From the NCBI GenBank assembly GCA_964489445.1, contig CAZAYU010000003.1:134715-198714 (forward strand): 64,000 bases of DNA. The letters are read 5' to 3'. The first letter of the stretch is position 1. Every line of letters starts with the position of its first letter. Both the position numbers and the translations under genes were made by a program. This document shows, piece by piece, positions 30,014-39,065 of the stretch. Under the pieces are notes generated by a model. It saw only the letters and a list, made by a program, of their open reading frames with translations. It was not told the origin of the DNA and ran no database searches. Origin of the DNA: an uncultured Planctomycetia bacterium. GTDB lineage: Bacteria > Omnitrophota > Gorgyraeia > Duberdicusellales > 4484-171.

Positions 30014-30019
30014 TTAGAT

Positions 30020-30232
30020 ATGAGTAAAACAATGAAAAACCAATTATTTAAAGAAAGAGAATCACAAGCTGTTTTAGAATATACGATTCTTTTTGCAATT
30101 GTAGTCGCTGCTTTAGTTAGCTCATTGTTTTTAGCTAATGGGGGTAATACGCTAAAGAGTAATTTTTTGGATATGACAGAAGCTATGGCCGGAGATTCTT
30201 TAGAAAATTCTACTATTGGAGGATGGGATTAA
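30020..30232 (+). CDS. flp: Flp/Fap family pilin 1
   Basis: Class III signal 'ESQAVLEYTILFAIVVAALV' (xxxxEY plus hydrophobic stretch). Confidence 0.7.
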   Translation: MSKTMKNQLFKERESQAVLEYTILFAIVVAALVSSLFLANGGNTLKSNFLDMTEAMAGDSLENSTIGGWD

Positions 30233-30233
30233 A

Positions 30234-30389
30234 ATGATTAAAAAAAGCAAGGCCCAGAGCATTGTGGAATATGCATTGTTATTTAGTGTGATTTCTGCTG
30301 CTTTAATTGCAATGACTACTTATATTCAACGTTCAGTAAATGCCAAGTTAAAGGTGATCCAGGAGGAATTATACGAATCAAGTCGGTAA
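30234..30389 (+). CDS. flp: Flp family pilin 2 (51 aa, below the ORF-track cutoff)
   Basis: Self-translated: MIKKSKAQSIVEYALLFSVISAALIAMTTYIQRSVNAKLKVIQEELYESSR. The Flp motif is 'AQSIVEY'. Confidence 0.6.
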   Translation: MIKKSKAQSIVEYALLFSVISAALIAMTTYIQRSVNAKLKVIQEELYESSR

Positions 30390-30405
30390 AAAAAAGGAGG
30401 AGAAG

Positions 30406-30588
30406 ATGAAAAGAAGGGTAAAGGCGCAAAGCATTTTAGAGTATACAATTATTTTGGCGGCAATTGTGGGTGCGGTTGTTCTTGGTGCTAAACTAATTGG
30501 TGGTAGAGTACAGCAGGGTTTTACAGATGCTGGTGATGTTCTTACTGATGCGACAAGTGATTTTAAAACTCATTTTACTAGTCTGTAA
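30406..30588 (+). CDS. flp: Flp family pilin 3
   Basis: 'KAQSILEYTIILAAIVGAVVLGA'. SD AAGGAGGAG upstream. Confidence 0.75.
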   Translation: MKRRVKAQSILEYTIILAAIVGAVVLGAKLIGGRVQQGFTDAGDVLTDATSDFKTHFTSL

Positions 30589-30652
30589 AAAATAATAAGT
30601 GAGGTGAGTTGTCAAAGGGCTATAGAATAAAAAAGTATAAAAGGAGGTAAAG

Positions 30653-31021
30653 ATGTTAATTGAATCAAAAAAAAGATGGGTAAGACGCGCACAATCAACG
30701 GTAGAATATGGAATTCTCATTGGGGTTATTGTAGGTGCTGCAGTAGCGATGCAGACTTACGTTAAACGTTCACTACAAGCAAGACAAAAAGACAGCTCCG
30801 ATTTACTTACCAGCATGACTGGAACGGTTGATGTAGGCTCTGTAAGCGGAACTTTAGCAACAACCAATCAGTATGAGCCATATTATCTTAGTCGTAATCA
30901 AACAGATACACTATCTGTGGATACAGTTAATAAAGCTGTTACTGCCGGTGGCGCTGCAACTGCTACCAAGGCGAATACTTCTAAAAGTGATTCTACGATG
31001 GGGTATACGGTGTCTAGATAA
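30653..31021 (+). CDS. flp: Flp family pilin 4 (extended C-terminal Thr/Ser-rich tail)
   Basis: 'RAQSTVEYGILIGVIVGAAVAMQTYVKRSLQ'. SD AAGGAGG. Confidence 0.72.
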   Translation: MLIESKKRWVRRAQSTVEYGILIGVIVGAAVAMQTYVKRSLQARQKDSSDLLTSMTGTVDVGSVSGTLATTNQYEPYYLSRNQTDTLSVDTVNKAVTAGGAATATKANTSKSDSTMGYTVSR

Positions 31022-31087
31022 AAAAATTATAATGGGATGTGAGAATGTTAAGCGTAAGTTTATTTGGAAAACAAAGAAGGAGGGGGC

Positions 31088-31408
31088 ATGTTAACAAAAT
31101 TAAGAAAGGGTCAATCTAGCTTAGAATATGCTGCTTTAATTGGTGTAGTCGTGGGAGCGGTTGTTCTGATGAGTACGTATATGCGGCGCTCAGTTGAAGG
31201 TAGTCTTAGGGAGAATTCGGATAGTATTGGCGATCAGTATAGTTATGAAAATGGAAGTTATAGTTATTCAAAGACTTTAGAAGCACCTGAAGTATCTCTA
31301 ACTACTGTAACAACCGATGGAACTGATACTGGTGGTGGAAACACTAGCCAATCTAGAACAGGACAAAATCGGGCAGTACTCGAAACAGTTACTGCCGCTG
31401 CAGAGTGA
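31088..31408 (+). CDS. flp: Flp family pilin 5 (ATG at 31088; the track ORF starts at TTG 31064)
   Basis: 'KGQSSLEYAALIGVVVGAVVLMSTYMRRSVEG'. SD GAAGGAGGGGG upstream of the ATG. Confidence 0.7.
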   Translation: MLTKLRKGQSSLEYAALIGVVVGAVVLMSTYMRRSVEGSLRENSDSIGDQYSYENGSYSYSKTLEAPEVSLTTVTTDGTDTGGGNTSQSRTGQNRAVLETVTAAAE

Positions 31409-31516
31409 AACAATTAATGCTAACTTGATGATATTTTTTTTGGCTATTCTCAAGATGGACATAGAGAATAAAAAATATGGTGAGAAGCAATTTTTAACTA
31501 CAAGAAGGTATCAAGC

Positions 31517-31840
31517 ATGATCGGAAAATTAAAAAAAGGAAGATTCTTTTTAGAATATGCGGCATTAACCGCAATAATTGTTATTGCGGTTCTTGGGATG
31601 CAAACTTATTTAAGAAGAGCTTTTTCCGGTCGATTTCGGGAACTTTCTGATCAAGTCGGCGATCAATATGATCCGCAAGCCGTTAACGGGACTAAGACAG
31701 TTGTTATTTCTAGTGCTGTTGATGAATATATGGTTTATGCAGACATAGATAGTGATGGTGAAAATGAATATGCCGGAAGTCGAGTTCATTCTATAAATGA
31801 GCAAACATTTAATTCAACTGAAACAATTACTAAACCGTAA
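31517..31840 (+). CDS. flp: Flp family pilin 6
   Basis: 'KGRFFLEYAALTAIIVIAVLGMQTYLRRAFSG'. Confidence 0.7.
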   Translation: MIGKLKKGRFFLEYAALTAIIVIAVLGMQTYLRRAFSGRFRELSDQVGDQYDPQAVNGTKTVVISSAVDEYMVYADIDSDGENEYAGSRVHSINEQTFNSTETITKP

Positions 31841-31910
31841 ATGTAGTGGTTTTAGGTTTAAGCGTTATTGGGTTGATTGTATCTATGTGAGGTAAAAACA
31901 AGAGGAAGAT

Positions 31911-32348
31911 TTGAAGAATAAAGGCCAAAGCTTAACTGAATATGTATTGATTTTATCTGTAGTTCTATCCGCTGTTATTGGAATGGAGGTATATGCTAAA
32001 CGGGCTATTCAGGCTAAAGTCAAAGATTTAACCGATTTATGTATTGCTTCCAAAGATAGCCACTTAGATAATACGACCGAGATCATTCCTCTTTTAGATG
32101 CAGCATCTGGAAAAATAACTGCCTCAGAATCTCATATTAAGAAAACTATTACAGAAACCCCCACAGATATGACTTTTACTAAAGGAACCGCTGACGGTGA
32201 GAGTTTTTATTTATATTCTGAAAGCGAATATCAAAGCAAAGACCCGGATGAAGAAGTATCTACTGCAGGTACGGGTTCTGAAGGTGCTCTTGCTGTATCT
32301 GGAATAAAAATTGGGCAAATTTCCAGTCGTTTTCCAACTGGTGAATAA
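31911..32348 (+). CDS. flp: Flp family pilin 7 (TTG start)
   Basis: 'KGQSLTEYVLILSVVLSAVIGMEVYAKRAIQAK'. SD AGAGGAAG. Confidence 0.65.
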   Translation: MKNKGQSLTEYVLILSVVLSAVIGMEVYAKRAIQAKVKDLTDLCIASKDSHLDNTTEIIPLLDAASGKITASESHIKKTITETPTDMTFTKGTADGESFYLYSESEYQSKDPDEEVSTAGTGSEGALAVSGIKIGQISSRFPTGE

Positions 32349-32349
32349 A

Positions 32350-33375
32350 ATGAAGTTTTTTCCTTGTAATCAAAAAAAATCACAAGCTATTCTAGAAATA
32401 GGGATATTAGGTTCGATAATTCTTTTGGTAACCTTTCAATTAGTTTCTTATGTTCAGCGTTCAAATGACCAGCAATATTTAACAATGAAAACATTTCGCG
32501 ATAGTTTGGATAAAGCTCACTTTGGCAGCTGTGTGGTTATTCAAGATGTTAGTGCTGATCCTATAGTCCAAAGCTGGCCTTGCAGCGATCCGGCTCCTTC
32601 TGGCTACAAAGGTCCTTATTCAAAAGGGGGAAGTGTTACGCTTAATGAGATAGAGCATCGGCGTCAAGCTAGCGGTGATTTTTCGCGTAAAGGACAAAGA
32701 ACGGTTTTTTCTTCAGGGAGTAATATTTATTGGGGCGTTCCGTTTATTGATTATGAAATCGGAGAAGAAGAAATAGATGTAACCGTAAATAATTTAGGGC
32801 ATTACGAAATTTATAATATAAATGATCACCAATATAGTTTTGTCGAATACTATGACCAGGATTCGGATGGCTATAATGATTGGGTAGATGATGACATCGA
32901 TGGTGATGGAATACTTAATGTCGATGATGACGATGCAAACGGTGATGGGATTGACGATGATTTTGCCAGAGATAATTCTGGAATGAATGATGATTTAGAC
33001 TCAGATGGAATACCTAATTGGAAAGATGATGATGCAAATGGGAATGGGATTGACGATAAAGATGAAAGCCCTAGGATTGAAATGATTATGAATTATCAGG
33101 ATCGTTGGAAGCAGACCAGTCAAAAATCAGAAACGTCGTCTTCCACGATTAATAACTATATTCTTGCTTCTAAAGATGGGAGTTCTTATTCCGAAGGTGT
33201 AAGTATAAATTTTTATGATCGCAGCAATCCGGTTAATAAGATTTTAGGTGACGGTAATGATCTTCCTTTAGCGGAAAGCAATAATCAGTATCTGACATTT
33301 GAAGATGGAAAGTATAAGTATAGCATTGATGTAAAAGGAGTAAATCGTGCTAGTAAGTGGTCCACAAATAAGTAA
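32350..33375 (+). CDS. TadE-like minor pilin/pseudopilin with Asp-rich (thrombospondin-type-3 / calcium-binding-like) repeats
   Basis: N-terminal 'KKSQAILEIGILGSIILLVTF' (SQxxxE class III-like signal). Central 'DDDIDGDGILNVDDDDANGDGIDDDF...DLDSDGIPNWKDDDANGNGIDDKDE'. Confidence 0.6.
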   Translation: MKFFPCNQKKSQAILEIGILGSIILLVTFQLVSYVQRSNDQQYLTMKTFRDSLDKAHFGSCVVIQDVSADPIVQSWPCSDPAPSGYKGPYSKGGSVTLNEIEHRRQASGDFSRKGQRTVFSSGSNIYWGVPFIDYEIGEEEIDVTVNNLGHYEIYNINDHQYSFVEYYDQDSDGYNDWVDDDIDGDGILNVDDDDANGDGIDDDFARDNSGMNDDLDSDGIPNWKDDDANGNGIDDKDESPRIEMIMNYQDRWKQTSQKSETSSSTINNYILASKDGSSYSEGVSINFYDRSNPVNKILGDGNDLPLAESNNQYLTFEDGKYKYSIDVKGVNRASKWSTNK

Positions 33376-33456
33376 GTTTGCGGTTGCTAGTTTGGAGTTG
33401 AGAGATGAAAGATAGAGGAAAAGTCTATAGAATATAATTTTGAGTTACTGCAATCT

Positions 33457-34470
33457 ATGAACTTTAATGAAGGATACATAAAGATGGACAAACATAAGAG
33501 AGCTAACTCTCAAGTGGTAATTGAATTAGTAGTTGGGTTTATTGTGATAGTTTTGTTTTTTTTGGGAGCAAGTCGAATCTGGGTTTGGTCTAATGCTCAG
33601 GTTGTGGGAAGAAGTCCCGCTTATAAGGAAAGTCGGATTTCTGCTGGTAATACACATCCGGGATTTTGGGGAAATACAGGTGAAGAAGGAGTGTATACTC
33701 CCAAGGAATTAACTGACGGATGGGTTTTTGGTGAGGATGCTTCTTCCGGTAGCTCAGCTGTAGTCAATATACCTAACTCTGGTAATCCCACTAAGTTAAA
33801 CTTTGTTGCTGCTAAAGCTTTACAAAATGAAATTAATGATGATAAAAATAAATGGAAGGACTGGGTCGATGTTGATCCTACTGATCCAGCAGCTATTCAA
33901 AATGCAATTAATGAAGTAACTGAGGCAATAACTGAAATGGAAGCAGATATTACTATTATTGAAGATTGGAGAGATAAATGGCAAAACTGGTATGATTTAG
34001 CAGTAGCGGGAATCTCTCAAGCTAATAATGATATAATTTATTGGCAAGGGCGGGTAAGTTATCATTGCCCTTGCACTCCTTCTGAATGGGATGATTGCAG
34101 TAATTGTGAAGAGGCTACTGCTCGATTGGCAGTTGCCAAAGATGGTGGACGTCACGTTTGGGATCCTGATGAAGGAGAGTGGGGAGAATATGTTTATGAT
34201 CCTTCTCAAGCTTGGATGAGTACTTGGGCAACAAGATCTGAGTTTGCGGATGATTACTATTTATGCCAGATTGCTGGAAGCTATTATGCTTCAAAAAATA
34301 GGTATGTTCAGGAAGCCTGGATTCCTGGACTATCAGATTGGCAGGAAAGAGAAATAATAGCTCAAGTTAAGAGAGATGAATGGCAAGATAGTTTAGATGA
34401 AGCAAATGATGGATTAGATGAACTAAAAAAAATAAAAGCTGATTTAGAAGCAATGCTTGCAGCATTGTAG
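33457..34470 (+). CDS. TadE/TadF-like pseudopilin (probable start at ATG 33484)
   Basis: 'KRANSQVVIELVVGFIVIVLFFLG' class III-like N-terminus, then a large Trp/Asp-rich globular region. Confidence 0.55.
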   Translation: MNFNEGYIKMDKHKRANSQVVIELVVGFIVIVLFFLGASRIWVWSNAQVVGRSPAYKESRISAGNTHPGFWGNTGEEGVYTPKELTDGWVFGEDASSGSSAVVNIPNSGNPTKLNFVAAKALQNEINDDKNKWKDWVDVDPTDPAAIQNAINEVTEAITEMEADITIIEDWRDKWQNWYDLAVAGISQANNDIIYWQGRVSYHCPCTPSEWDDCSNCEEATARLAVAKDGGRHVWDPDEGEWGEYVYDPSQAWMSTWATRSEFADDYYLCQIAGSYYASKNRYVQEAWIPGLSDWQEREIIAQVKRDEWQDSLDEANDGLDELKKIKADLEAMLAAL

Positions 34471-34593
34471 CGGGTAAAGCTAGAATTTGTATTTTAAAAT
34501 ATTTAATTATTTTAGTTTATTCTAATAGCCTGAACTTTGTGTTGTTGATTATAGAATTGTAAATAAGGTGAGTTTAAGTTATAATAATACAAA

Positions 34594-36126
34594 ATGTTTA
34601 TATTTTTTGCCCAAAATAAGAATGCCTATGGCCGTATATTCAAGAAAGCCCAATTAGCCCCCCTGTTTATTGCTTTGATTACTATTATTATAATTGCGGC
34701 AATGATTACAGTTAATTTAAATAAAATTGCAATTACTAAAACGCATACTGCTAATGCAGTTGATGCTGGAGCTATTGCTGCAGCATCGCAAATGGCGTTT
34801 GCATTCAATCTTTTAGCTACTCAGGCTATGGGCATGTATGCGACTTATCAGGCTTCTACGACAGCCAGCAATCTTCTTTTAGATTATGCGGATGAAGATT
34901 TAGATTTAACAGTTTCGTTGGTAGCATCCGGAAACGCGTTGATAACAATTGCTGGAGCGTTGGCTTGTGTTCCCTGGGCTGGAAAATATATTGGTCCGGC
35001 GCTTTTGAAGGCAGGTATTATTTTGCTGTCTATTGGGCAATATTTCTTTGCCATGGTAGGTGCTGATATGACTGCGGCTGAAGATACGATTGAAGGTCTC
35101 TACGAAGGGCAGCTTGCAACTTATCTCGGCAGTGACTTAGAATATCCTTCCGACGATACAGAAGATGGAAGTAACGAGACTGACGATGACAAAGATGACG
35201 CGGATAATATTGAAGATGATGAAAGTGATGATATTGGAATGCGGGAGTCAATGGATGAAAATATTAAATCTGCTCGAGATATGGCCTACGACTACAATTT
35301 TTTAAACAGTGGGATAACCGAAAAATTAAATCCGGATTTAGATAAGGATGGTGAGCTAGCCGAAGACGCAGCCGGAAATAAGATTAACCCCAGTCAGGGA
35401 GTTGAATTTTCTTATCACGTATCAGATAAAGATACTCCGCAGGAATTTAAATGGAAAGACGGACAAAAGCGCGATCATTTAGTCAATGTAGATGTAAAAT
35501 TAGATGATGTTGTGCGCTATCAATTTATTAGAACCAAGGCGAATAAAGATGAAATTGATGGATATTTCAAGGATTTTTGGATTACTTACACAGCAATTTC
35601 AGTGGCTTTTGCTGTTGCAGATGCATATCTTTTAAGTTTATTTGCTACTGCTAGCAGCACACCAGATTGTGGTTGGTGGTTTTATATTTATCCTGTTGGG
35701 TGTACAGGTCCATTAGCTTGTGTAGGGTGGACTGCTGCAGTGATAATGGCAATTGCTGAATTCATAGCAATCTTTGGAGGTTATGCTTTGCTTAGTTCAC
35801 TTGTGGATGATATAAGAGAAGGTATTTCTGAGGGTGGAACATTTTGGGATGATGACGGGGATATTGGAAATAATTTTATTGTGACCTTGAATGATGTTGA
35901 CCATTCTCGGGAAATAGAGACTACTACTTTTCAAGAACACGCGGGACAGGATATGGGGTTATGGGAGGCAAAATATCCAAAAGTAAAATCCCAGAGCTGT
36001 GCTAGTTTTGCTTGTAATCCTGATGACCCGGATTGTTCGGGTACTTGCTCTACTTGCAGTTGTCTTAACGGAAAAAATCCTTGTGTAAATCATGATCCGG
36101 TGCTTGTGGGGGTAGATGAGTTTTAA
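34594..36126 (+). CDS. TadG-like Flp pilus assembly protein (membrane anchored, acidic linker, Cys-rich C-terminus)
   Basis: N-terminal 'LAPLFIALITIIIIAAMITVNLNKIAITKTHTANAVDAGAIAAAS' resembles the TadG N-terminal domain. D/E-rich stretch 'SDDTEDGSNETDDDKDDADNIEDDESDD'. C-terminal multi-Cys cluster. Confidence 0.55.
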   Translation: MFIFFAQNKNAYGRIFKKAQLAPLFIALITIIIIAAMITVNLNKIAITKTHTANAVDAGAIAAASQMAFAFNLLATQAMGMYATYQASTTASNLLLDYADEDLDLTVSLVASGNALITIAGALACVPWAGKYIGPALLKAGIILLSIGQYFFAMVGADMTAAEDTIEGLYEGQLATYLGSDLEYPSDDTEDGSNETDDDKDDADNIEDDESDDIGMRESMDENIKSARDMAYDYNFLNSGITEKLNPDLDKDGELAEDAAGNKINPSQGVEFSYHVSDKDTPQEFKWKDGQKRDHLVNVDVKLDDVVRYQFIRTKANKDEIDGYFKDFWITYTAISVAFAVADAYLLSLFATASSTPDCGWWFYIYPVGCTGPLACVGWTAAVIMAIAEFIAIFGGYALLSSLVDDIREGISEGGTFWDDDGDIGNNFIVTLNDVDHSREIETTTFQEHAGQDMGLWEAKYPKVKSQSCASFACNPDDPDCSGTCSTCSCLNGKNPCVNHDPVLVGVDEF

Positions 36127-36247
36127 TAAGGTTAAAGGTTAAAGGAAAAAGTGAGAAAGGGGAAAATTAAGACTTAATGTTTAGTGGAGATTAAAAATGC
36201 TACTAACATTTAATTTTGACTTAAATGAGAAGTAGAGAGGAGGGCAA

Positions 36248-37150
36248 ATGGGTTCTAATCCCGGTAAAGTTTTTAGTGTAACTGCGGTTTTTATTCTTTT
36301 TATTTTTTCTGTTTTTGCTCAGAGTGTAAAAACGGATATCGATTTAGGCAAAATACCTTTACCTCCAGGTTCCCGTGCTTTAGAAATTCCTTTACCGAAG
36401 GTAGGCAATTCTAGCGCAGACACTGTTTATTATAAAACTGTTTTAGACACGAGAAAGTTGATAAGCTTTTATACTAAAGAATTATCCAGAAGAGGATGGG
36501 AGAACAAAGAGAATGCTTTAGAAGCAATTAAAAAAATTAATGTTCCTTTTGATAAACAATATAAAGGGGTTGATGTTGAAGGTTTGCTAAAAAATATGAT
36601 TTATTTTTATAAGAATGAGCAGACATTGATGTTGATGATAATTCCTCCCCGCGGTAGACATACAGAGACAATTTTTACTCTTTCTTACATTGGTGGTGCT
36701 TTTTTTAATCAGGGATCTAGCCAATCTCAAAGTAGTGAACTACCTTCTTCAATTCCTATTTATCCACAGGCTGAATTTATGTCTCGAGTTTTGAAGACTC
36801 GCATTTATACTATAGGAAATAAAGGAATCAATGAGGTAATTAATTTCTATAAACAAAAAATGCCGGTTTCTGGATGGATATTACAAAACGAAACGCCAAT
36901 AACCGAAGAAATAATAGATACTTCTTCTGCTTTTGATAATGAATCTAATTGTAAAACTTGCCCTAAGCCAAAAACCATTTCTCTTCAAGTTATTAATGAG
37001 CTTAAGAAAGGGATTTCTATTTTAAAATCGGAACTTTATTTTACTAATGGAATGGGGGAAAAATGTAAATTACAGTTTAGTAAAATGCAAAGCATAGCCT
37101 TGCCTTCTCCTACTCAACTTACTATAATATATGATAAGGGAAGAAAATGA
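36248..37150 (+). CDS. Secreted hypothetical protein of the tad locus
   Basis: Signal peptide 'VFSVTAVFILFIFSVFAQS'. No recognisable domain. Confidence 0.5.
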   Translation: MGSNPGKVFSVTAVFILFIFSVFAQSVKTDIDLGKIPLPPGSRALEIPLPKVGNSSADTVYYKTVLDTRKLISFYTKELSRRGWENKENALEAIKKINVPFDKQYKGVDVEGLLKNMIYFYKNEQTLMLMIIPPRGRHTETIFTLSYIGGAFFNQGSSQSQSSELPSSIPIYPQAEFMSRVLKTRIYTIGNKGINEVINFYKQKMPVSGWILQNETPITEEIIDTSSAFDNESNCKTCPKPKTISLQVINELKKGISILKSELYFTNGMGEKCKLQFSKMQSIALPSPTQLTIIYDKGRK

Positions 37151-37335
37151 GTCTAAAGATATTTTGTAAAGCGCAATCGACTATTGCTTATGTAGCTATG
37201 GCTACATTTTTAATTAGTGCTATGATTGCGGTTTCTTTTTATTTTCGCCGGTCTTTGCAGGGAAAATATCGTGAGTCAGTAGATGTATTCGGAGAAGGTG
37301 TTCAGTATGAACCGGGAATGACTTCTGTTGAGTAG
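37147..37335 (+). CDS. Divergent Flp-like pilin paralog (Glu to Ala at +5)
   Basis: 'KAQSTIAYVAMATFLISAMIAVSFYFRRSLQGK' is similar to pilin 4 'RAQSTVEYGILIGVIVGAAVAMQTYVKRSLQAR'. Its start overlaps the upstream stop by 4 nt. Confidence 0.5.
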   Translation: MSLKIFCKAQSTIAYVAMATFLISAMIAVSFYFRRSLQGKYRESVDVFGEGVQYEPGMTSVE

Positions 37336-37365
37336 TTAGTTTAAACTTATAAACAAACAGTAATA

Positions 37366-38208
37366 ATGCTTTTATTAATAATAATTCTTTTGTTGGCTGG
37401 GGTAGTTTTCTTAAGTTATTGCTTTATTCCTTCCCTTTTGGCAAAATCTGAGAATCTAAGAGATAAAAGGACCAAAGAGACTATCGATAAATTGGAAGGT
37501 GCTTTTATTTTTATTAGCAGCAGGAAGTTAAATATTGTCTATGTAGTTCTTCCTTTTATATTTGGGTTTCTCGGGTTTTTCCTTTTTAAATTTCCAGGTT
37601 TAATCATTGGCGTAGTAGTAAGCGGAATTATGCCATTGGTGATAACAAAAATGATTGTTGCTAAACGGAAAAAAAAGTTTGATTCGCAAATTGTCGATAA
37701 TTTGATGATTATTTCTAGTTGTCTTAAGGGAGGTTTAAGCTTGCTACAATCGCTAGAGACTGTTGCTGAAGAAAGCCCTATACCTTCTTCAGAAGAGTTT
37801 AGTTTGATAGTTAATGAAGTCAAAGTGGGCGTTTCTTTAGAGGACGCGATGATTAGTCTTAATAAAAGGATGCGGTCGGATGATTTGGATTTGGTTATTT
37901 CTTCAATGCTGGTGTCTAGGGAAACCGGGGGAGATTTAACAAAAGTCTTTTCCCGTTTGATTTCTACTATTCGCGATCGGCGGGAAATAAAAGATATGGC
38001 TAATACCTTAACCCTTCAAGGAAGAGCTCAGGGAATAATTATGTCTGCAATCCCTCCCTTGTTTGTGGTGATAATCATGAAATCTAACCCTCATCATTTT
38101 GATGTTTTGCTTCGAGATGAGACTGGAAAAATACTTTTGTTTGCTGCAGTAATTATGCAAATATTGGCCTTATTTTTCATTAAAAAGTTTAGTTCGGTTA
38201 AAGTATGA
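37366..38208 (+). CDS. tadB: Flp pilus assembly inner-membrane platform protein TadB (T2SSF family)
   Basis: T2SS-F-like domain, multipass membrane protein, paired with the downstream TadC. Confidence 0.8.
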   Translation: MLLLIIILLLAGVVFLSYCFIPSLLAKSENLRDKRTKETIDKLEGAFIFISSRKLNIVYVVLPFIFGFLGFFLFKFPGLIIGVVVSGIMPLVITKMIVAKRKKKFDSQIVDNLMIISSCLKGGLSLLQSLETVAEESPIPSSEEFSLIVNEVKVGVSLEDAMISLNKRMRSDDLDLVISSMLVSRETGGDLTKVFSRLISTIRDRREIKDMANTLTLQGRAQGIIMSAIPPLFVVIIMKSNPHHFDVLLRDETGKILLFAAVIMQILALFFIKKFSSVKV

Positions 38209-39065
38209 TAATTATTTTAATTTATTCTTGTATATTTCTAGCGTTGTTTTTTGTTATTCGTTCTTTTTTCATTGAAGACTTATCACAAGTTTCAATAATT
38301 ACTGCCAAGAGAACGTTTCACGGAAAATTTTTAAAATTGTTAGCGCCGCTGACAGCGGTCAACACTATAATCCTAAAACCTTTTCCTCGTATAAAAAAAA
38401 CGTTGGATGCTAAGCTTACTTTTGTAAGATGGGATTTAACTGCCCCGGAATTTTTGTTTATAAAAGAGGTATTAATTGTTTTAGGGATAATAGTAGTTTT
38501 CCTTTATTTTCCTAAAAATTATATATTTATAGTCCTGATGGTCGTTTCTGGCTTTCTTATTCCGGATATAATATTAAAGTCTAAGGTAACTGGCAGAAAG
38601 AATGATATTGTTAGAGTTTTACCGGAAACAGTTGATTTATTATGCCTTTGTGTGAGCGCAGGGTTAGATTTTATTTCAGCGACAAGATGGATTATCGCTA
38701 AAGCCCATTCTAATCCTATGGTTGAAGAATTAAAGTTAACGTTAGAAGAAATTAAAGTTGGCCGGCCAAAAATAGAGGCTTTGCGCCAGATGGCTAAGCG
38801 TTTAGACATACCGCAGGTAAGTACTTTTATCCGTAGTCTTATTCAGGCGGAAAAAATGGGGACATCCATTGAGGAAACTTTTACGATAATTTCTGATGAT
38901 GTACGGAGTCAACGTTCTTATCAAGGTAAAAGAGAAGCAATGAAAGCCTCTCTAAAAATGCTCATTCCTCTTATTTTATTTATCCTTCCGATAATTTTAA
39001 TTATTGTTGCCGGACCAGTACTGTTGGAGTTTTTACGCGGCGGGGTTGGCAAAATCAGCCACTAA
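38205..39065 (+). CDS. tadC: Flp pilus assembly platform protein TadC (T2SSF family)
   Basis: T2SS-F-like domain 'LPETVDLLCLCVSAGLDFISA...ALRQMAKRLDIPQV'. Its stop TAA at 39063-39065 abuts the IS element. Confidence 0.8.
   Translation: MIIILIYSCIFLALFFVIRSFFIEDLSQVSIITAKRTFHGKFLKLLAPLTAVNTIILKPFPRIKKTLDAKLTFVRWDLTAPEFLFIKEVLIVLGIIVVFLYFPKNYIFIVLMVVSGFLIPDIILKSKVTGRKNDIVRVLPETVDLLCLCVSAGLDFISATRWIIAKAHSNPMVEELKLTLEEIKVGRPKIEALRQMAKRLDIPQVSTFIRSLIQAEKMGTSIEETFTIISDDVRSQRSYQGKREAMKASLKMLIPLILFILPIILIIVAGPVLLEFLRGGVGKISH

Noticed and set aside
29640-30019. Whether the leader A region could instead encode a small protein or be simply a Rho-independent terminator of the upstream cpaE-cpaF fusion gene
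   Set aside because: The terminator lies ~335 nt downstream of the cpaE-cpaF fusion gene's stop and is preceded by its own promoter-like box. The same promoter/box/terminator set recurs upstream of the giant gene, where no upstream convergent gene needs terminating. No ORF with an RBS exists in the region.
30873-31520. Alternative-frame ORFs 30873-31094 and 31317-31520 within the flp array
   Set aside because: They overlap pilin genes that have clear Flp signatures and ribosome-binding sites, and they lack any Flp motif of their own.
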